Shown here: piece by piece, positions 9,213 to 18,095 of the stretch
How the letters are laid out: each line of letters begins with the position of its first letter
Numbering within the stretch: the stretch's first letter is position 1
Assembly (NCBI GenBank): GCA_046757665.1
Contig: JBHHYO010000011.1
Location: 1-51,200, forward strand
Direction of reading: 5' to 3'
DNA: 51,200 bases
From: Nitrospinales bacterium
Lineage (GTDB): Bacteria > Nitrospinota > Nitrospinia > Nitrospinales > JAJDAT01
Notes under the pieces: model-generated
The model's database searches: none
The model's input: the letters and a program-made list of their open reading frames with translations, nothing else
Told to the model about the DNA's origin: nothing
Program-made: the position numbers and the translations under genes

Positions 9213-10163
9213 CTAGACGTTCGATTCGATGGTCAGTTTGTTGTAGAACTCCAGATAGCCGTCTTTTTCCTGGGAATTGCGCACCGCCATTGCCGCCCGG
9301 GGATGAATGTCCAGAACCCCGGTAAGCATGTAGGGAATGGTGTATCCCCACTCGATTTTTTTCCGCAGATCAACAAACTCGTTTTCCAAAACTTCCAGGA
9401 TGGGGGTTATGTCGAACTTGGGATTTTTCAAAAATCCCAGCAATAATTCCAGCGGACAGTTTCCCGCCGCCCGGCCAATGCCGAAAATGGTGCCATCCAG
9501 GTAATTGACGTTCTGAATAATCGCCTCGATGGTATTGGCAAAGGCAAGTTGCTGGTTGTTATGGGCATGGATGCCGACTTCCCGCGATTTCAGGATCGAC
9601 TTGTACTTTTTGGCAAGGTAGGCGATTTGCTCTGAATAAAGGGCGCCGAAACTATCCACAAGGTACACGACATCAACCCCGCTTTCAGTCTCAATTTGCT
9701 CGAGGGCCTCATCCAGCTCCTTTTCCCTGGCGTGGGATACCGCCATGATGTTGATGGTGACCTCATACCCCCTGGACTTGATCAGATTGGCGAGGTCGAT
9801 GGCCTTGTCGATGTCTTTGACGTAGCTGGCGACACGCATCATATCCAGGTAACTTTCACCCTTGGGGATGATATTTTTCGGGTCCACCCGGCCGATATCC
9901 ACCATCGCCGAAATCTTGCATCGGTCCGTAGCATCTCCGATAATCGCTTCAAGGTCTTTTTCCGTACAAAATTTCATAGGGCCATAATCATTGCGGCTGA
10001 ACTGGGATTCATCGGCCTTGTAGCCCAGTTCGACATAATCTACCCCGGCGGCGGAGCTGGCAAGAAACACCTTGCGGACAAAGTCGTTGCTGAACTGATG
10101 ACCATTCATCAAACCGCCATCGCGTATCGTACAGTCCAGCACTTTGATTTCTTTTCGGAACAT
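9213..10163 (-). CDS. DRE-TIM (HMGL-like) aldolase catalytic-domain protein
   Basis: LDCTIRDGG, YVELGY, YLVDSFG, GIHAHNNQQLAFANT, GIGRAAGNCPLE. Confidence 0.85.
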   Translation of the reverse strand: MFRKEIKVLDCTIRDGGLMNGHQFSNDFVRKVFLASSAAGVDYVELGYKADESQFSRNDYGPMKFCTEKDLEAIIGDATDRCKISAMVDIGRVDPKNIIPKGESYLDMMRVASYVKDIDKAIDLANLIKSRGYEVTINIMAVSHAREKELDEALEQIETESGVDVVYLVDSFGALYSEQIAYLAKKYKSILKSREVGIHAHNNQQLAFANTIEAIIQNVNYLDGTIFGIGRAAGNCPLELLLGFLKNPKFDITPILEVLENEFVDLRKKIEWGYTIPYMLTGVLDIHPRAAMAVRNSQEKDGYLEFYNKLTIESNV

Positions 10164-10396
10164 TTAAACTTCACTCCATGCAAAGGCCTCTGCAAGAGAG
10201 GCCGAATTAAAATTTCAAGGATAGGATAAGAGATTGATTATATGTGGGTCTAGCCGTGCCGTCAATCGGAATCTACCAACCATGCGGCTTTACCTCCTTG
10301 ATTGTGGGCATCAAAAGGGGTTGTAATTCACTCTGCCAGGAAATACATTATATCGGTGATAAATTATTATAACCCATTTCAGGAATAGGTGATAAG

Positions 10397-10819
10397 ATGC
10401 GGTTCTGGCTGGTCAAACAAGAGCCTTCCAAATACAGTTGGGAGCAATTTGTCAAGGACAAACAAACCTATTGGGACGGCGTTCGCAACTACCAGGCGCG
10501 GAACAATTTGAAGGCGATGCAAAAGGGTGATCTGGCGCTCTTTTACCACAGCGTTTCCGAAAAAGAGGTTAAAGGAATCGCCCGTGTGACGCGGGAGTTT
10601 TATCCGGACCCGACCACCGACGACGCCAATTGGGTTGTCGTGGATTTGCAGGCAGTCAAGCCTCTTGCCAATCCGGTGACATTGGCGGACATCAAGGTTC
10701 ACCCCAAGCTCGGAGAAATAGCCCTCGTCCGGCAGTCGCGGTTGTCGGTGTTGCCGCTGAAAAAGTCGGAGTTCACAACGATCCTGAAAATGGGCAACAC
10801 GGACTGGACGGGGCTTTAA
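10397..10819 (+). CDS. EVE domain-containing protein
   Basis: WLVKQEP, WDGVRNYQARN, GDLALFYHS, YPDPT, RQSRLSV. Confidence 0.93.
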   Translation: MRFWLVKQEPSKYSWEQFVKDKQTYWDGVRNYQARNNLKAMQKGDLALFYHSVSEKEVKGIARVTREFYPDPTTDDANWVVVDLQAVKPLANPVTLADIKVHPKLGEIALVRQSRLSVLPLKKSEFTTILKMGNTDWTGL

Positions 10820-10928
10820 TGGATTTTCCATTTCACGTGACGAAAAGCGAATCGGTTATTTTAGCGATTCAAATTCATCGAAACGCAGAGTTCTCACATA
10901 AAAAATCAAACCGGAGGAGGTGTTTTCG

Positions 10929-11153
10929 ATGAGAAAATTTTTATTTGTTCTTTGCGCCGTATCATTGCTTTATTCTTTGGGTTGCGCGGAAAAAGCGGAG
11001 AAGAAAGAAGCTCCAAAACCCGAGGCCGCGGCTCCCGCCCAAACAAAGGCCCATGTGAGTGGAGGCGGTTCGGAGTCTCCGGCCCATGTCAGCGGAGCGC
11101 CAGCTTCGCCGCAACCTGCCGCCAAGGGAACGGAACACGTTAGCGGCAACTGA
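10929..11153 (+). CDS. Small lipoprotein with three HVSG repeats
   Basis: GGAGGAGG RBS; signal peptide ending in lipobox SLGC; Pro/Ala-rich mature part. Confidence 0.7.
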   Translation: MRKFLFVLCAVSLLYSLGCAEKAEKKEAPKPEAAAPAQTKAHVSGGGSESPAHVSGAPASPQPAAKGTEHVSGN

Positions 11154-11156
11154 TTG

Positions 11157-11840
11157 ATGCGCCCGACCAGACCATTTTTTCTTTTCGCGCCGAGGTTGTT
11201 TATTGGAGTCGTTCTCGCGGTATTTGCCGCCTCTGGAGCGACCGCCGCCCCCCTCTCCTGCCTGGAACGAGTATCCGTTCTGGAAAAGGAAAAGGAAAGA
11301 GTCCAGAAAGCGGGCGGCCTGTGGGCCTACTTTGAAAAATCGTCCCAACTGCGCGACCGCTCCGTCCAGGGCCTCAAACTGGATGGCAGTATCAATAAGG
11401 TCATTTCAAACCTGAAATACCTGTGCGAAACGCGCAACGGCGTTCCTTTAAATGATCTGGCGCTTTTCGTCTCGCAACACGTCCGCGAAAAGGGCGAGGC
11501 TCAATTTAAAGAAGAAATGCGGCTGTCCGGAAAAAGCGACGAGGAAATCGATTCCTGGTTGAAATTTTCCCGGTCGGCCCAACAAAACCGGAAAAGAACC
11601 CTGGACGCTCTTTCGCTTCAAAAAACCCTCAGCCGGGCGGCAACCTATATTGAAAAATATGTCCTATTACACAAAGGCGCCGATGCCGAAGATTGGCCGC
11701 GAACGCTACTCACCGGAGCACGCGAGTTGGCGGTGGGAATCGCCGGATTTCTTTCCACCGATCCCAACATGATAATCGCCATTCATGAAAACGCACAAAT
11801 CCCCTTTTGGGACACGGAAGAAAATTACGGAGGCTCCTGA
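11157..11840 (+). CDS. Hypothetical exported helical protein
   Basis: Hydrophobic signal-like N-terminus (LFIGVVLAVFAASGATA); begins 3 bp after the lipoprotein stop. Confidence 0.7.
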   Translation: MRPTRPFFLFAPRLFIGVVLAVFAASGATAAPLSCLERVSVLEKEKERVQKAGGLWAYFEKSSQLRDRSVQGLKLDGSINKVISNLKYLCETRNGVPLNDLALFVSQHVREKGEAQFKEEMRLSGKSDEEIDSWLKFSRSAQQNRKRTLDALSLQKTLSRAATYIEKYVLLHKGADAEDWPRTLLTGARELAVGIAGFLSTDPNMIIAIHENAQIPFWDTEENYGGS

Positions 11841-11994
11841 TACCGATTTTTCGTATCCATGGCCTTCTTGTTTAATGCGGTTTTAATGTCAACCCGCCGA
11901 CGGTTCCGCCATCCGGCGGCCATCCGCCGCGGCATCAGGAATGAAAAATCATTGATAATACCGTTATAAAGATTGACTTCAAGGGAGGAGCGAA

Positions 11995-12801
11995 ATGGGA
12001 ATCTATCTGATCATCGGCGGAAGCGGCGTTATGGGTACGGCGGCCATTCGGGCATTACGCACCACCTACGGCCAGGAGGCGACCATCGTCGCCAACTGGT
12101 TCGGCAAGGAAGACCCGGACTTCAAAATCGAAAACGCCAACCATACGGTGTTTGGAGACATCACCGATCCCGACTGCCTGAAAAAAATCCAATCCTTCAG
12201 CGGCGGCCGATTCGATGCCATGTTTTACGCCACCGCCCTGGGTGAAGTGGGAGTTCCCATCAAAATGGCTACGCCGGAGCAAATCAAGCAGTCCAACAAA
12301 CTGTCGTTCGACCCGATCCTCTATCTTGAAGAAAATCTGGATATCGGAATGATTGTCGCCTACTCGACTTTTTACCTTCTCAAACACCAACTGGGCAGTT
12401 ATGGCGCCATGGCCCATTCCAAGGAGGCCATCGAAAAATGGGTCCTGCAACCCGGCAAATCCAGACACGCCTGCATTCGCGCGGGGCTGTTTCAGTCTGC
12501 CTCATCCCGCGGCATCAAATTGCTCTTGAGAAAAAATGCCAAGCATCTGGATCAAATCAAGGACCCACTGCTCCAATCCTACTTCAGGGGCGTGCCACCC
12601 AGCGAGGGCATCAAAAAGTTTGAAGAAGGGATCAGTAACGAGGAAAAGGAAACCTACGGAGACAGCAACACAGACGCCGACAGCCTGTACGAAGCTCACC
12701 TGACCCTTTTTAAAACCGAAAACCCCGTTTTCGTCAACGTTTGCGGAAAAAAAATCTGGTTGAGCGACGAACCCTTGCTGTTGAAGGATCATATTGGATA
12801 G
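11995..12801 (+). CDS. NAD(P)-binding SDR-like oxidoreductase, possibly divergent enoyl-ACP reductase
   Basis: GGGAGGAG RBS; IIGGSGVMG Rossmann motif; YGAMAHSK (YxxMxxxK). Confidence 0.7.
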   Translation: MGIYLIIGGSGVMGTAAIRALRTTYGQEATIVANWFGKEDPDFKIENANHTVFGDITDPDCLKKIQSFSGGRFDAMFYATALGEVGVPIKMATPEQIKQSNKLSFDPILYLEENLDIGMIVAYSTFYLLKHQLGSYGAMAHSKEAIEKWVLQPGKSRHACIRAGLFQSASSRGIKLLLRKNAKHLDQIKDPLLQSYFRGVPPSEGIKKFEEGISNEEKETYGDSNTDADSLYEAHLTLFKTENPVFVNVCGKKIWLSDEPLLLKDHIG

Positions 12802-12920
12802 CAAATGAAACATCGCTTATTTTTCATTCGTTTTTTTCTTTATTTTTTGCGTTATTGCGGTAACCTAATAACAGCAAGATTTACACTTGAGGTAGCAAAA
12901 CAAATTACGGTCGGAATATT

Positions 12921-14666
12921 ATGGACGACACCAAAAAGAAATTGACCGCGAAAGCCAAAGTGGCTGTCAAATTATCCGAAGATGAAAACCTCGATTCGCT
13001 TCTCAAGAATGTTGTCAGTGAAGTAACGACGTTTTCCGAGCGCCTGACGGCCCAGATCCGGCGGTTGTCCGATATCGGACGGGCACTGTCCGGCCAACGA
13101 AACCTGAATGCGTTGCTGGAAATGATCGTCACCGAGGCCCGCCAGTTTACCACCGCCGACGCCGGCACACTGTATATCAAGGAGGGCAACACGCTCCGCT
13201 TTAAAATCCTGCAAAATGAAAGCCTGCAAACTTATATGGGCGGAAAGTCCGGAGAGGAAATTCCCTTTCCGCCAGTGGAATTGAAGGAGTCGAATGTCTC
13301 CGCCTATGTGGCGATGAAGGGCATCAGCGTCAACATTCCCGATGTCTACAACTCCGACCTGTTCGACTTTACGGGGCCGAAAAAATTTGACGAGTCCACG
13401 GGGTACCGCTCGAAATCCATGCTGGTGGTTCCCATGCGAAACCATGAAGACGACGTGATCGGGGTTTTGCAACTTTTGAACGCCAAAAATTCCAAGGGAA
13501 AAGTTATTTCCTTCTCGCCGGATTACGAGGAACTGACCGAATCCCTGGCCTCCCAGGCCGCCGTGGCGATTACCAACGTGTCGCTCATCAACGACATGGA
13601 GCGTTTGTTTGAATCGTTCGTCGAGGTCATGGCGACGGCCATCGACGAAAAATCTCCCGTGACAGGCGGACATATCAGGCGGGTAGCCGGCTTGACCATG
13701 GAAATGGCCGACGTGATCAACGAACAAAAATCGGGCCGGTTCGGGAAAATCAAATTCAATCCCGATCAATTGTACGAACTCAAAATCGCCGCCTTGATGC
13801 ACGACATCGGCAAAGTCACCACCCCCGTGGATGTCGTGGAAAAAGCCAAGAAACTGCAAACGATTTTCGACCGTGTACACCTTGTGGACATGCGCTTCAA
13901 ATACTTGATCATGAGGGAAAAGCATTTGAGCGCGCAACGAAAAATCAAACTGCTGGAACAGGGCGCTTCTCCGGAAAGCATGAAAAATTGGGAAGAAGAA
14001 TCAAAGCCCAAAATAGAGGAGCTGAAAGAAATAAGGCAATTCATACTTGAATGCAATAACCCCAGCGAATTTCTGGAAGATGAGAAAATCGAGCGACTGC
14101 AGGCCATCAGCCGGCTCACTTACACGGATGAAGACGGCAAGGAAGTTCGCTACCTGGACGACGATGAATTGGAAAACCTTTCCATCCGCCGGGGAAGCAT
14201 TACCGAAAAAGAACGGAAGATCATGCAGAACCACGCTGCGGTGACCCTGAAAATGCTCGAAAAAATTCCCTTCACCAAGAAGCTGAAAAACATTCCCAAT
14301 TTTGCGGGCGCCCATCACGAATTCATCAACGGCAAGGGCTATCCTCTGGGCCTGAAGGGAGATGAGATACCGTTTGAGGGTCTGCTGATGGCCGTTACGG
14401 ATATTGCCGAAGCGTTGACTGCCTCCGACCGGCCTTACAAAAAGGCCATGCCCCTGGCGGTGGTTTACAAAATACTCAGAGCCATGGCCAAGAACATGGA
14501 ACTCGATTCCGATTTGGTCGAGCTGTTTATCAGCGAAAACGTTTATGAGCGTTATATGGCGAAGAAGAAAGCCGAGGAAGGGAATGGCGGCTCAGCCCAT
14601 TCCTCGGAAACCACCCGGGAGCAGGCCGACAGCACCAACGTCGCAAAAGCGGTCAAAACCACTTGA
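12921..14666 (+). CDS. GAF + HD-GYP cyclic dinucleotide phosphodiesterase
   Basis: GAF (ADAGTLY, GYRSKSMLVVPM, IGVLQLLN); HIRRV, MHDIGK, HHEFINGKGYP, ALTASDRPYKK. Confidence 0.92.
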   Translation: MDDTKKKLTAKAKVAVKLSEDENLDSLLKNVVSEVTTFSERLTAQIRRLSDIGRALSGQRNLNALLEMIVTEARQFTTADAGTLYIKEGNTLRFKILQNESLQTYMGGKSGEEIPFPPVELKESNVSAYVAMKGISVNIPDVYNSDLFDFTGPKKFDESTGYRSKSMLVVPMRNHEDDVIGVLQLLNAKNSKGKVISFSPDYEELTESLASQAAVAITNVSLINDMERLFESFVEVMATAIDEKSPVTGGHIRRVAGLTMEMADVINEQKSGRFGKIKFNPDQLYELKIAALMHDIGKVTTPVDVVEKAKKLQTIFDRVHLVDMRFKYLIMREKHLSAQRKIKLLEQGASPESMKNWEEESKPKIEELKEIRQFILECNNPSEFLEDEKIERLQAISRLTYTDEDGKEVRYLDDDELENLSIRRGSITEKERKIMQNHAAVTLKMLEKIPFTKKLKNIPNFAGAHHEFINGKGYPLGLKGDEIPFEGLLMAVTDIAEALTASDRPYKKAMPLAVVYKILRAMAKNMELDSDLVELFISENVYERYMAKKKAEEGNGGSAHSSETTREQADSTNVAKAVKTT

Positions 14667-14784
14667 GCCACTCAATCAATCGCCTGCCATAATCATCAAC
14701 AGCCCGCCTTGGCAACTTAACCGATGGTGAATCGGTTGGTTCAACCACGTAGTCTGTTTCTTCGTCCATCTCTGCGTCGTCCGG

Positions 14785-15030
14785 TCATTTGCCCTTGGGC
14801 ACATACAAGCCCGTGCGTTGATAGTTGTCATTCAGCTTGACGTGCAAATCGACGGAAATATCAGTATCTTTATTTTTTGCCGACGGCGATTGATCAAAAT
14901 TTTTAAATGCTTTATCCTTAAATTTTTTGGACAGGGTGGCCGTTCGTTTTTTTCTGGGGCTGATTTTGGACGCCGCCTTTTGCTGAGCGCGCAGTTTTTT
15001 CATGTCTTCGTGCGAAATCCCAATAACCAT
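14785..15030 (-). CDS. Hypothetical basic small protein
   Basis: GGAGGT RBS before ATG; 81-aa Lys-rich ORF in an otherwise unoccupied gap. Confidence 0.6.
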   Translation of the reverse strand: MVIGISHEDMKKLRAQQKAASKISPRKKRTATLSKKFKDKAFKNFDQSPSAKNKDTDISVDLHVKLNDNYQRTGLYVPKGK

Positions 15031-15110
15031 AACTACCTCCGCAATATTTTAAGACCCGTGTTTCACACGCTTTCAGGTTACAGAGAAACCCGCGTTTTGC
15101 AATAAAAAAC

Positions 15111-16463
15111 ATGCCTATCGACAAGATCACACAATTGATCAGCAATCCGGATATCACGCAGGAGCAGTTTGTCCGGGCCATCAACAGCATGGATCATTTT
15201 GATCTAGCCCGCTTACTGCACCAGTTACCAGCCCCGGAAAAGATCCGAATTTTTGAAAGCATCGAGGACTCCAAGAAACTCCAGGAGCTCCTGTATGAAA
15301 CCGACGAGATCAGCCGGGAGGAAATCATGGGATCGCTTCCCCATGATTTTCTGGCGCATTTCCTGTCCGGGATGGCCGAGGACGAGGCCACCGACATTCT
15401 GAAAGAACTGCCCCCCGAAACACGCGACGAACTCCTGGAGCAAATGGGCCCCCAGGACGCCGACATGCTGAAAGACCTCATCCGTCACGGCGAGGAAACC
15501 GCCGGCAGTCTGATGATTCCCCGCTTCAACAAAGTCACCGGAAACCAGCGGGCGGCGGATATCCTGATCGATCTGAAGAAAAATAATTACCAGGGAAACC
15601 ATCCGTATTTCTACGTGGTCAACAATCACGACGAGCTTCTGGGTTATTTCAAACTGCGCGATTTGCTCAATGTGCGCGCCAACGCAAAGGCCTATCAGTT
15701 CATGAGCAAATCTCCTCCCAAGGTAACCCTGGACGACCATTGCGAAAAAGTGGCCAGCCTTATGGACCATGAACAAATCAGCACCGTCCCCGTTGTGGAT
15801 GAGAAAAACGTTGTCCAGGGCATCATCACTTTCGACGACGTTCTGCGCACGATGAAGGAAATCGCCAGCGAGGAAATTTTCACGATGGTCGGGACGAAGG
15901 AAGCGGACCCATTCGCCAAACGCATCCATCACAAAATTCTCGCGCGGGCTCCCTGGCTGTTCAGCACATTTATCGGCGGACTGGTCAGCGCGTCAATCCT
16001 CAATCATTACGTAGGAACCCTCAAGGAATTTTCCTCCGTCATTTTCTTTATTCCGTTTGTGCTGGGTCTGGCGGGGAATGTCGGAATTCAGGGAGCCACG
16101 GTCATCGTGCGGGGATTGGCAACGGGAGACATCCAGTCCGACAACCTGCGGACGGTCGTCATAAGCGAAATTTGGGTGGGAGTGTTGAACGGATTAATTT
16201 TCGGGATATTGTGCGGGGTCCTGATCACCGCCGTTGCCGGCTCTTTTCTGAACGCTTCTCCCCTCATCGGGCTCACGGTGGGACTGGGCATCCTCCTGGC
16301 CGTCAGCATGGCGTCGCTCATCGGATCGACAACGCCCATCATTTTTCTCCGGCTCAATATCGACCCGGCCATCAGCACCGGTCCCTGCGTAACGATCATG
16401 AACGATATCGCCGGCCTGACCATTTACCTGGGAGTGACGACCCTGATTTATTCGTTTTTTTGA
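15111..16463 (+). CDS. mgtE: Magnesium transporter MgtE
   Basis: N-domain, ETAGSLM, tandem CBS domains, RAPWL, GNVGIQ, IDPAISTGP..TIMNDI. Confidence 0.93.
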   Translation: MPIDKITQLISNPDITQEQFVRAINSMDHFDLARLLHQLPAPEKIRIFESIEDSKKLQELLYETDEISREEIMGSLPHDFLAHFLSGMAEDEATDILKELPPETRDELLEQMGPQDADMLKDLIRHGEETAGSLMIPRFNKVTGNQRAADILIDLKKNNYQGNHPYFYVVNNHDELLGYFKLRDLLNVRANAKAYQFMSKSPPKVTLDDHCEKVASLMDHEQISTVPVVDEKNVVQGIITFDDVLRTMKEIASEEIFTMVGTKEADPFAKRIHHKILARAPWLFSTFIGGLVSASILNHYVGTLKEFSSVIFFIPFVLGLAGNVGIQGATVIVRGLATGDIQSDNLRTVVISEIWVGVLNGLIFGILCGVLITAVAGSFLNASPLIGLTVGLGILLAVSMASLIGSTTPIIFLRLNIDPAISTGPCVTIMNDIAGLTIYLGVTTLIYSFF

Positions 16464-16468
16464 ACGGG

Positions 16469-16696
16469 CTATTCGAGTTCGATCAGCGGAGTGCCCACGG
16501 GGACATATTCCTCGACATCCACGAAAAACTCCGTAATCACTCCCTCGATCTCCGAGGTTAAGGTAAAATAGCCTTCGGCAATGATCTCCGCTACCGGCAT
16601 CCCCTTTTTGACTTTGTCGCCGGTGGTGACGAGGTATTTTTCAACCTTGCCGGTGGTCATTCCCTCATACATGGGTTCCATCAGAATGTATTTCAT
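16469..16696 (-). CDS. Stand-alone biotinyl/lipoyl-like domain protein lacking the acceptor lysine
   Basis: MEPMYEGMTTGKVEKYLVTTGDKVKKGMPVAEI...SEIEGVITEFFVDVEEYVPVGTPLIEL matches the lipoyl-domain pattern; start ATG 16696. Confidence 0.75.
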   Translation of the reverse strand: MKYILMEPMYEGMTTGKVEKYLVTTGDKVKKGMPVAEIIAEGYFTLTSEIEGVITEFFVDVEEYVPVGTPLIELE

Positions 16697-16762
16697 ATTA
16701 ACAATCCCTGGTCGTCGCCGCGGACCACAAAATGGCAATTGCGCCACACACCTGGAGGTTGC

Positions 16763-16981
16763 ATGAAAATAAATTTAAACATAGGAGACGTCCTTTATGA
16801 ACCGCTGTCGGACAATACAGGGGAAATAACAAAGATCATCAATCACCCGGACGGCCAACTGGTAAACATCCGCTGGCGACGCGAAGGCCAACTGCATCAC
16901 GATACCGAACAGTTCCATTCCAAGCTCGTCAAATGTATCAAAAGGGGCGAAATCCACTACACCCCCAAGGCAAAACCCTGA
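16763..16981 (+). CDS. Hypothetical small protein (72 aa)
   Basis: GGAGG RBS before ATG 16763; beta-rich IGDVLYEPLSDNTGEITKI. Confidence 0.65.
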   Translation: MKINLNIGDVLYEPLSDNTGEITKIINHPDGQLVNIRWRREGQLHHDTEQFHSKLVKCIKRGEIHYTPKAKP

Positions 16982-16994
16982 AGCGGCGGTTGGC

Positions 16995-17279
16995 TCAGGT
17001 TTTATAAACCGTATGAACGGGCCGTCCCGCCAGGATGTTTTCCTTGCCCCAGTTGGCAACGCCCCGGAATTTATCGGACCGGATAAAAGCGTTGAACGCT
17101 TCCTCGGAGTCCCATTCGGAAACGATCAGGTACGACTGGGGGTCATTGACATCCCGGTACAAAAAGGATTTGCAATGTCCTTGCATTTCCTTCATGACCT
17201 CCAAAACGTTTTTAAAAGCATCCTCGAATATTTTTTCCTTCCCGGGGATCATCTTGTAATTCATGCCAATGGTTACCAT
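16995..17279 (-). CDS. Antibiotic biosynthesis monooxygenase (ABM) domain protein
   Basis: PGKEKIFEDAF, YLIVSEWDSEEAFNAF; start ATG 17279. Confidence 0.85.
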   Translation of the reverse strand: MVTIGMNYKMIPGKEKIFEDAFKNVLEVMKEMQGHCKSFLYRDVNDPQSYLIVSEWDSEEAFNAFIRSDKFRGVANWGKENILAGRPVHTVYKT

Positions 17280-17352
17280 AAGGTTCTTTCTCCATTTCAA
17301 AACAAAGAAAATCCGGGTTTCAGCCTAAGCGACGCATACCGCGCGTTCCAGA

Positions 17353-18081
17353 CTAACCTAATTTTCCGGAAGCGATTTCCATATTGAAGCTTTGGAAGGC
17401 GTCCTGCGCGGCGGCCTGCTCGGCTTCTTTTTTGCTGTGTCCCTTGCCGGTTCCCCAGACCTCGTTTTTAATCTGTACGGTCACTTCAAACGTTTTGCTG
17501 TGGTCCGGGCCGGTTTCCCTGATCACTTTATAACTCGGAATGCAGTTAAATTTATTTTGCGTGTATTCCTGAAGGTCGCTTTTAAAATCCTGGAAATCCC
17601 GGGTTTCGGCGTAATTTTCAATTTCGTCGCGCAACAAGGGCAGAAACGCCCGGCGCGCGTTTTCCAAACCACCGTCGAAGTAAATGGCGCCGGCCAGAGC
17701 CTCAAAACTGTTGGCCAATAGCGAAACTTTTGCTCTGCCGCCGGAAATTTCCTCGCCCTTGCCCAGCAACAGAAGATCGCCCAGGCCGATTTCCCGGGCG
17801 AGCCGGGCAAGACGGCTTTCATTCACAACGGCGGCGCGGATTTTTGAAAGCTCCCCTTCCCGGTGGCCGGCGTATTGCTTGACGGTAAACTCGCTGACAA
17901 TAAGGTCCAAAACCGAATCGCCGAGAAACTCGAAGCGCTCATTGTTCTTGATCGCGCGATTTCTTTCATTCACAAATGATTTGTGAGTCAGCGCCTTGTT
18001 CAACAGGTTGATGTCCTTAAAAAAATATCCCAGGGTTTCCTGCAACAAGGTCAAACGCTGAAGCCGTTTCTTCGACAACAT
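17353..18081 (-). CDS. rnc: Ribonuclease III
   Basis: ALTHKS, NERFEFLGDSVL, C-terminal dsRBD (DFKSDLQE, GPDHSKTF, SKKEAEQAAA); start ATG 18081. Confidence 0.96.
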   Translation of the reverse strand: MLSKKRLQRLTLLQETLGYFFKDINLLNKALTHKSFVNERNRAIKNNERFEFLGDSVLDLIVSEFTVKQYAGHREGELSKIRAAVVNESRLARLAREIGLGDLLLLGKGEEISGGRAKVSLLANSFEALAGAIYFDGGLENARRAFLPLLRDEIENYAETRDFQDFKSDLQEYTQNKFNCIPSYKVIRETGPDHSKTFEVTVQIKNEVWGTGKGHSKKEAEQAAAQDAFQSFNMEIASGKLG

Positions 18082-18095
18082 AAATTCGTTCCCGA

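Noticed and set aside
11938-11960. Fur box upstream of the SDR-like gene (AATGAAAAATCATT)
   Set aside because: Half-site spacing is one base longer than the canonical AATGATAATCATT and flanks match poorly; not supportable
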